From positions 186,001-250,000 of the IMG/VR virus record IMGVR_UViG_3300024503_000015: a DNA stretch of 64,000 nucleotides. One strand, given 5' to 3'. The stretch's first letter is position 1. The number at the start of each line of letters is the position of its first letter. Shown piece after piece: positions 59,428 to 64,000 of this stretch. Made by a program: the position numbers and the translations under genes. The notes below the pieces were generated by a model, which saw only the letters and a list, made by a program, of their open reading frames with translations, did no database searches and was not told where the DNA came from.

Positions 59428-59504
59428 TGGTACCCTTGGTTGGATTCGAACCTACACACAACGGATTTTAAATCCATTCGCATTACCAATTAGCGTACAA
59501 GGGC
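59428..59504 (-). tRNA. tRNA-Leu(TAA), short variable loop
   Basis: ATGGA-TT TAA AA-TCCGT; 5-nt variable region; CCA. Confidence 0.85.
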
Positions 59505-59511
59505 ATAATTA

Positions 59512-59587
59512 TGGTGCCGCCCCTTGGGATCGAACCAAGTTCCTCGGTGCTTCAAACCGGTGCAATGACCACATTTGCTAAAGCGGC
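59512..59587 (-). tRNA. tRNA-Phe(GAA)
   Basis: Cloverleaf; CCA. Confidence 0.9.
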
Positions 59588-59593
59588 GATATT

Positions 59594-59668
59594 TGGGGTG
59601 AAGCCGGGAATCGAACCCTGCCTTACTGTTTCACAGACAGCCGTGCGGACCACTACACTAGCAACACC
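59594..59668 (-). tRNA. tRNA-His(GTG)
   Basis: G-1:C73; anticodon GTG; imperfect acceptor and T-stem. Confidence 0.8.
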
Positions 59669-59670
59669 AT

Positions 59671-59747
59671 TGGCCGGCCCTGAGAGACTCGAACTCCCAA
59701 CCTCCAGTTTCGAAGACTGGCACTCTAATCCATTGAGTTAAGGACCG
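59671..59747 (-). tRNA. tRNA-Arg(TCG)
   Basis: CCAGT-CT TCG AA-ACTGG; CCA. Confidence 0.88.
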
Positions 59748-59754
59748 TTAAAAT

Positions 59755-59828
59755 TGGCAGGCCTACCAGGACTCGAACCTGGAACGACTGAGTCAAAGTC
59801 AGTTGTGTTACCATTACACCATAGGCCA
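59755..59828 (-). tRNA. tRNA-Gln(TTG)
   Basis: Unpaired 1-72; G73; CT TTG AC; CCA. Confidence 0.9.
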
Positions 59829-59838
59829 ACAGATTGAA

Positions 59839-60051
59839 TTTGTAAGTAGTTGCCCCATCGTTATAGCAACCATTCACCCATGTATATAAAGCCGGCTGGG
59901 ACTCGGTACGTCACTTGGGATACTAGTCCAGTTAGCAACCAATCTGCAGGGATCTTCCGATCCCCCGGGAGTTGAACCCGTCCCCTTTTACTATTAAGGT
60001 AGTTCGAACTTACCTACAATAGCGTGACATTCTCTTGCTGACACTTACAAA
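59839..60051 (-). ncRNA. YrlA/Y-RNA-like RNA with a circularly permuted tRNA domain
   Basis: Order T-arm (CGGG-TTCAACT-CCCG), 7-bp acceptor-like hairpin capped by GGAA, D-like arm with TGG, all inside a long terminal stem (TTTGTAAGT/ACTTACAAA). Confidence 0.6.
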
Positions 60052-60054
60052 ACT

Positions 60055-60129
60055 TGGTGCCCCAGGATGGAATCGAACCACCACACCCTGCTTACAAAAC
60101 AGGACCTCTACCACTAAGGATACAAGGGC
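60055..60129 (-). tRNA. tRNA-Thr(TGT)
   Basis: Cloverleaf; CCA. Confidence 0.9.
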
Positions 60130-60134
60130 AAAAT

Positions 60135-60212
60135 TGGTCTCCACGGTACGATTCGAACGTACAGCCTCCTGACTCCAGATCAGGCCGTCTACCAGATTGA
60201 CATTACGCAGAG
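60135..60212 (-). tRNA. Non-canonical tRNA-Pro(TGG)
   Basis: C1-G72, A73; anticodon loop TC TGG AG (C33, A37); CCA. Confidence 0.65.
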
Positions 60213-60222
60213 ATAAAAATAA

Positions 60223-60298
60223 TTGCGACCGAAGGACTCGAACCTTCGCGGTAATCTAGAATGCCCCGGCAAGGCCGGTTAACCCACCATTGTCGCAA
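60223..60298 (-). ncRNA. tRNA-like remnant without CCA or a normal anticodon arm
   Basis: TTGCGAC/GTCGCAA stem; GAAGG-TTCGAGT-CCTTC T-arm; CCGGC-CTT-GCCGG hairpin. Confidence 0.5.
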
Positions 60299-60301
60299 AT
60301 T

Positions 60302-60376
60302 TGGTGGAGGCCGAGGAAATCGAATCCTTCTAGACATCTTCCTTGCAAGGGAAGACCGTAGCCCACTACTGCCCCC
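60302..60376 (-). tRNA. tRNA-Ala(TGC), minimal D-arm
   Basis: G3-U70; CT TGC AA; D-arm GTAG-TGGG-CTAC; CCA. Confidence 0.8.
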
Positions 60377-60380
60377 AAAT

Positions 60381-60416
60381 TGGTGTTAGTTTCTATACCA
60401 CCCATTGAAACTAACA
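60381..60416 (-). ncRNA. CCA-terminated minihelix candidate
   Basis: TGTTAGTTTC-13 nt-GAAACTAACA-CCA. Confidence 0.35.
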
Positions 60417-60461
60417 AACATTGAGAGAACATGGATGAACCCACAAGATCTCTATTTGCTC

Positions 60462-60536
60462 TGGTATAGCGTACGGGGATCGAACCCGCCTAGTCACCTT
60501 GAAAGGGTGATGACCTCCCCAGAAGTCGAACGCTAT
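60462..60536 (-). tRNA. tRNA-Glu(TTC), second divergent copy
   Basis: TCACC-CT TTC AA-GGTGA; CCA. Confidence 0.82.
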
Positions 60537-60542
60537 GTAAAT

Positions 60543-60616
60543 TGGTTCCTGGACCGAGAATTGAACTCAGAATGACCGGTTATCAGCCGATTGTTATACC
60601 ATTTAACTATCCAGGA
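60543..60616 (-). tRNA. tRNA-Ile(GAT)
   Basis: Cloverleaf; CCA. Confidence 0.92.
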
Positions 60617-60625
60617 ATAATACTA

Positions 60626-60701
60626 TACAAAAAGAAACTAACGACAATGCGCTATGCACCCAGAGTCTATAGTTCCTGGCTGTGGTTAGTTTGTTTTTAT
60701 A
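60626..60701 (-). ncRNA. Candidate small stem-closed RNA
   Basis: 17-position terminal stem with one C-C mismatch; inner CCAGG/TCTGG and GC-ATA-GC hairpins. Confidence 0.35.
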
Positions 60702-60703
60702 CA

Positions 60704-60804
60704 CTACCATATGGAAGCACTCTTATGCCTTTTTCGTCATAAGATGGTGGCCCGTCCTTACTACTGACGCTATGCGACCAGTTAAGAATGCTTTCATATG
60801 GTAG
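60704..60804 (-). ncRNA. Stem-closed RNA whose 5' strand includes the CTACCA end of tRNA-Lys(TTT)
   Basis: 22-position stem with one A-C mismatch and one G-U pair. Confidence 0.45.
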
Positions 60805-60873
60805 GGGCACAGAGAATCGAACTCTGATTTACGGGTTAAAAGCCCGCTACTTTAACCATTAAGTTATACCCCC
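60799..60873 (-). tRNA. tRNA-Lys(TTT)
   Basis: Cloverleaf; CCA. Confidence 0.92.
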
Positions 60874-60876
60874 ATA

Positions 60877-60952
60877 TGGTCCCTGCTGTGAGATTCGAAC
60901 TCACACCTCATTGATTAAGAGTCAAGTGCGCTACCATTGACGCTAAACAGGG
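60877..60952 (-). tRNA. tRNA-Lys(CTT)
   Basis: Cloverleaf; CCA. Confidence 0.9.
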
Positions 60953-61014
60953 TTGTACGTATTGATTTGATTTTACGTGCCAACCCTAGACCATACGGGA
61001 GATCTAGAGTGACA

Positions 61015-61035
61015 CTAACGTTTAGCACGTTTCAT
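61015..61035 (-). CDS. Micro-ORF MKRAKR ending in TAG, followed by a long hairpin
   Basis: AAGGAGAG SD 4 nt before ATG; ATG AAA CGT GCT AAA CGT TAG. Confidence 0.5.
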   Translation of the reverse strand: MKRAKR

Positions 61036-61047
61036 GCTACTCTCCTT

Positions 61048-61110
61048 TTAATATTTTTTCAAAACTTGATACAACACGAACATTATAACTAACACTACAA
61101 GTACTGCCAT
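61048..61110 (-). CDS. 20-aa hydrophobic peptide
   Basis: AAGGAGA SD; MAVLVVLVIMFVLYQVLKKY. Confidence 0.55.
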   Translation of the reverse strand: MAVLVVLVIMFVLYQVLKKY

Positions 61111-61123
61111 AATATTCTCCTTA

Positions 61124-61213
61124 TGGTCCCCCGTTGAGGAATCGAACCTCATCCTGGACCTTATCTAGATTAATCGGTTATAAGCCGACCTGCTCTCCAT
61201 GAGCTAACGGGGG
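61124..61213 (-). tRNA. tRNA-Ile(TAT) with enlarged variable region
   Basis: GTCGG-CT TAT AA-CCGAT; 21-nt variable region; perfect acceptor and T-arm; CCA. Confidence 0.75.
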
Positions 61214-61221
61214 ATATAACC

Positions 61222-61299
61222 TGGAGCAACGGGTCAGATTTGAACTGACGGTTTTACGGATTTGCAATCCGTTGCATTGGGCCTCTCTGCCACCGTTGC
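61222..61299 (-). tRNA. tRNA-Cys(GCA)
   Basis: U73; TT GCA AA; CCA. Confidence 0.92.
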
Positions 61300-61304
61300 A
61301 TTAT

Positions 61305-61379
61305 TGGCGTACCCCCAGGGACTCGAACCCCGACTAGCAGTTTTGGAGACTGTCGTGCTGCCATTAACACTAGGGATAC
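61305..61379 (-). tRNA. tRNA-Trp(CCA)
   Basis: G73; CT CCA AA; CCA end. Confidence 0.92.
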
Positions 61380-61400
61380 ATAACACTCTCTTTCGAAAGT

Positions 61401-61466
61401 GTGTATTAAAGCATACTACTCATCGGCTACTGCCATTTGATTGTTCGGCAGTATGCTTTAATACGC
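61401..61466 (-). ncRNA. Long hairpin element
   Basis: GTATTAAAGCATACT/AGTATGCTTTAATAC 15-bp perfect stem; alternative TACTGCC/GGCAGTA pairing. Confidence 0.4.
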
Positions 61467-61579
61467 TACCTTTTTACACATTCTAGTTATCGCCTAGAAC
61501 TTACCATCCGGTAGGCCGCCCACATTAAGCCCATGTTTTACGTGCAGGCAGGGTCGCGTTCCCTATAACACGTTTGAGA

Positions 61580-61750
61580 TTAGTCTTGCTCTACGAGCTC
61601 AACTTCTCTCTTGTAAAGTGCTGTGTGATAAGCACGAGCACGATTAAACTTTTCTTCGATGAGTTTTTCAAAAGCATCGTCGTCCAGTTCATGCTCACTT
61701 AGCACTTTGGCACTTTTCTGTTTTCTAAAATCTTCAAAATTCATTTTCAT
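61580..61750 (-). CDS. 56-aa charged helical protein, first gene after the attenuator
   Basis: Hand translation MKMNFEDFRKQKSAKVLSEHELDDDAFEKLIEEKFNRARAYHTALYKREVELVEQD. Confidence 0.6.
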   Translation of the reverse strand: MKMNFEDFRKQKSAKVLSEHELDDDAFEKLIEEKFNRARAYHTALYKREVELVEQD

Positions 61751-61763
61751 TTCCAAATCTTAC

Positions 61764-61800
61764 AAAACAAAAAACCCTGGGTTTTTAGTCCAGGGTTCTT
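61764..61800 (-). terminator. Intrinsic terminator (attenuator) upstream of the tRNA array
   Basis: AAGAACCCTGG-ACTAAAAAC-CCAGGGTTTTT followed by TGTTTT. Confidence 0.85.
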
Positions 61801-61852
61801 AAAAGTTATTGTGTATGTTACTGTTAACTTACACGATCCTCCAAGAACCCTA
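61791..61852 (-). promoter_or_regulatory. Antiterminator hairpin mutually exclusive with the terminator
   Basis: TAGGGTTCTTGGAGG pairs at all 15 positions (including G-U) with CTTTTAAGAACCCTG; inner GTGTA.GTTA/TAAC.TACAC hairpin covers the leader stop codon. Confidence 0.75.
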
Positions 61853-61985
61853 CGATAATCTCAGGTGTACGATCATTACCTAGACCTAGCCCGACATTAC
61901 TAAACTGTGACCAATAGGCGGACATACATGCCGGCGCTTTGGCTTGTTTAGATATCGTTTGTCTATGTAAACTAATCGTTTGCAT
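61824..61985 (-). CDS. 53-aa leader peptide containing all 20 amino acids
   Basis: Hand translation MQTISLHRQTISKQAKAPACMSAYWSQFSNVGLGLGNDRTPEIIVGFLEDRVS; its last codons form the antiterminator. Confidence 0.7.
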   Translation of the reverse strand: MQTISLHRQTISKQAKAPACMSAYWSQFSNVGLGLGNDRTPEIIVGFLEDRVS

Positions 61986-62043
61986 TTTGTTTCTCTTTTT
62001 CTTACCTTCTTAAAAGTTGTAGCGGAATTGCTACTGTCTTTGT

Positions 62044-62072
62044 ATTGTAATGCCTTTCAACATCTTTGTCAA
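62044..62072 (-). promoter_or_regulatory. sigma70-type promoter P2 of the tRNA operon
   Basis: TTGACA-17 nt-TACAAT. Confidence 0.7.
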
Positions 62073-62136
62073 CATCTTTTTGTCTTTTTTGGACAACCTA
62101 ATGTTTTGTGGAAAGTGATTGCTTTACAATATTTGT

Positions 62137-62165
62137 ATTATATGAGTATTTATAAAACTTGTCAA
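62137..62165 (-). promoter_or_regulatory. sigma70-type promoter P1 with an embedded TATAAATA late motif
   Basis: TTGACA-AGTTTTATAAATACTCA-TATAAT. Confidence 0.75.
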
Positions 62166-62222
62166 TACCTATGTTGAAATGTGGCGATTTTGCAACATTT
62201 TGAAAACCGCCACACTTTTGTA

Positions 62223-62741
62223 TTAACCGTTTAGTACTTTTGCTAGACTATTGATCACTGCGGCAATACGTCCGATGTCACGAAGTTGTTCTACGGTGTA
62301 GCCTTCCTTCTTCAATGTTTCGTAGTGCGCCTTAACACAGAAATGACACTTGCCAACAATACTTGCGGCAAGACTGTATGCTTCAAAGCGAGCCTTGGTA
62401 GTTCCGCCATGGCTTGCGATAGCGTTCATGCGTAACTGTGCTGGCAAGCCCTTTAGTTGCTCATCGTCTGCCATCTCAACATATGGATACCAAACGTTGT
62501 TCTGTGCCATAATTGAACCAGCGGTCATCGCGGCATCACGTTCTTTTTCGTCTGTGATGTTGCTCATGATGAAACTAATCAATTTTCCATTGCCGGTGCT
62601 CATAGCCGCGGCCAATGCACAACCTTCTGCTTCTACAACATCTGATAGTGTACTACGCTTGATTACTGCATCCAGATTTAGTTTTGTGTCCTTGGCGTAT
62701 TCTGGTAAACCTTCTTTTAATTGATCAACCCATTGTGTCAT
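62223..62741 (-). CDS. ahpD: Alkylhydroperoxidase reductase AhpD
   Basis: LPEYAKDTKLNL, MAQNNVWY and SIVGKCHFCVKAH (CxxC); downstream of ahpC. Confidence 0.9.
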   Translation of the reverse strand: MTQWVDQLKEGLPEYAKDTKLNLDAVIKRSTLSDVVEAEGCALAAAMSTGNGKLISFIMSNITDEKERDAAMTAGSIMAQNNVWYPYVEMADDEQLKGLPAQLRMNAIASHGGTTKARFEAYSLAASIVGKCHFCVKAHYETLKKEGYTVEQLRDIGRIAAVINSLAKVLNG

Positions 62742-63160
62742 AGTGTGTCTCCTTTAGTTGCTTTGGCTATGCTTTTATAGCCTTTGTAAGTTGGGTGTAC
62801 GTGATCCGGGCTAGTTTCGTGCTTTCTAGCATCTATTACAAAGTCCTTGTATTTTTCTGCTACTGCAAGAACTGCCCGTCTCTTATCGTCCTTGATATTA
62901 GGTACAATCCAATAAACACGAGTGGCGTCTACTAGTTGTCTTAGACTGTCTAGTTCCTCCACTGTGTTTATTTTTGCTGTATCGTTTGACCCTAGACTAA
63001 TGATTACATTTTTTGCCTGTGTAGTGCCCTGAGTGTGTAACACATGACGATTAACATAGTCATAACTGTTAATGCCACTCTTAGCACGAGTAACACATTC
63101 TGTACGAACTTGTCCTACTCCTACTGCTAGGCTATCGCCTAGGATTAAACAATCAAGCAT
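62738..63160 (-). CDS. SGNH/GDSL hydrolase
   Basis: ILGDSL, SLGSND and DHVHP blocks. Confidence 0.85.
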   Translation of the reverse strand: MLDCLILGDSLAVGVGQVRTECVTRAKSGINSYDYVNRHVLHTQGTTQAKNVIISLGSNDTAKINTVEELDSLRQLVDATRVYWIVPNIKDDKRRAVLAVAEKYKDFVIDARKHETSPDHVHPTYKGYKSIAKATKGDTL

Positions 63161-63171
63161 AATTGATCCTA

Positions 63172-63711
63172 TCAAAGAGTTTCGCCGCCTACTGTACGGT
63201 TACAAGCGCACAACTCACCAGTTTGTAGCGCATCAAGAATACGTAAAGTTTCTTCTGGGCTACGACCAACGTTCAAGTTGTTGACAGTAACGTGCTGGAT
63301 AACGTTCTCTGGGTCAACAATAAATGTAGCACGTAGAGCCGCACCTGCTGGAGCATAAAATACACCCAACTGCTCAATCAATGACAACTCGCCACGCTGT
63401 GTGTCTGCAAATTGTGTATGTGTAATTTTCTGTAAGTCTGGGTGTGCTTTTTGCCATGCGATTTTACAAAACTCGTTATCTGTGCTACCTGTTAGCAATA
63501 CTGCGTCACGGTCAGCAAAGTCACCTGCTAGTTTATCGTAGGCTACAATCTCTGTAGGGCAAACGAATGTGAAGTCCTTTGGGTAGTAAACGATTACTTT
63601 CCACTTGCCAGCAAAACTTTCATCTGTAATGTCAAAGAAAGCATCTTCTGGTTGTCCTGGCTTAACACCAGTAATTGCGAATTTTTCTAATTTATGTCCA
63701 ACTGTTTTCAT
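63172..63711 (-). CDS. ahpC: Peroxiredoxin AhpC
   Basis: YYPKDFTFVCPTE, RATFIVDP, VGRS and GELCACN motifs. Confidence 0.95.
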   Translation of the reverse strand: MKTVGHKLEKFAITGVKPGQPEDAFFDITDESFAGKWKVIVYYPKDFTFVCPTEIVAYDKLAGDFADRDAVLLTGSTDNEFCKIAWQKAHPDLQKITHTQFADTQRGELSLIEQLGVFYAPAGAALRATFIVDPENVIQHVTVNNLNVGRSPEETLRILDALQTGELCACNRTVGGETL

Positions 63712-63845
63712 TTGTTTCTCCTTGTGTGTGTTTGAAAACTATAACAACTCTTCGTTGTATGTGTATATTATATATCCTATTAAAATGCAAAATCAATAGG
63801 TTTTTCCAATAATTATTTTAATAACGCTTATAGGTTTTTTCAATA

Positions 63846-63868
63846 ACAAAAGGGCCCGAAGGCCCTTT
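63846..63868 (-). terminator. Intrinsic terminator
   Basis: AAAGGGCC-TTCG-GGCCCTTTT. Confidence 0.8.
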
Positions 63869-63884
63869 ATTAATTTTGGTTTGA

Positions 63885-64000
63885 TTAGAAACCGTACTTG
63901 TAACCAACACTTACTACGTTACTGTTGATATCACCTTCCTGGCGATCAAATCCAAGAAAGGCTGTACCATTTTTAGTAACACCGTAGTCAGCACCAATTC
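63885..64000 (-). CDS. C-terminus of an outer-membrane beta-barrel (porin-like) protein, partial
   Basis: Hand translation ...IGADYGVTKNGTAFLGFDRQEGDINSNVVSVGYKYGF*; amphipathic beta-strands ending in Y-x-F (BAM signal pattern). Confidence 0.6.
   Translation of the reverse strand, partial: IGADYGVTKNGTAFLGFDRQEGDINSNVVSVGYKYGF

Noticed and set aside
61480-61575. HDV-like (theta) ribozyme next to the tRNAs
   Set aside because: Could not assemble the P1/P2/P3/P1.1 nested pseudoknot; kept only as an unidentified structured element.

Overview
This window is part of a large, AT-rich, T4-like (jumbo/huge) myophage genome, probably from freshwater. The AhpC/AhpD, ClpP, IF-1 and porin-like genes suggest a betaproteobacterial host (inference). 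Almost all genes are on the minus strand. Layout: (1) 1-6 kb: GH19 endolysin (partial), phoH, dCMP deaminase, clamp loader, groES and a DnaE fragment. (2) 6-30 kb: baseplate, tail-fibre and other virion genes, including a ~3100-aa protein, interrupted by uvsE, a glycosyltransferase-like gene and queD. (3) 30-53.7 kb: early/middle genes behind consensus sigma70 promoters (ClpP, phosphoesterases, DNA ligase, a ParB-like/HNH pair, IF-1, a subtilisin, and an RNA-repair module). (4) 53.7-61.4 kb: 32 CCA-encoding tRNA genes covering all 20 amino acids, interleaved with many non-tRNA structured RNAs (a ~880-nt GOLLD-like RNA with an embedded tRNA, a circularly permuted YrlA-like tRNA mimic, anticodon-less tRNA-like RNAs, CCA-sequestering hairpins) and micro-ORFs. 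(5) 62-64 kb: ahpD, an SGNH hydrolase, ahpC and the end of a beta-barrel protein. The most striking element is the tRNA-array leader (61760-62165): sigma70 promoters, a 53-codon ORF that contains all 20 amino acids by codon 42, a 15-bp antiterminator over its last codons, and a mutually exclusive intrinsic terminator. This looks like a ribosome-coupled attenuator that switches on phage tRNAs whenever any host tRNA or amino acid runs short. All RNA structures were folded by eye; no database search or folding program was run.
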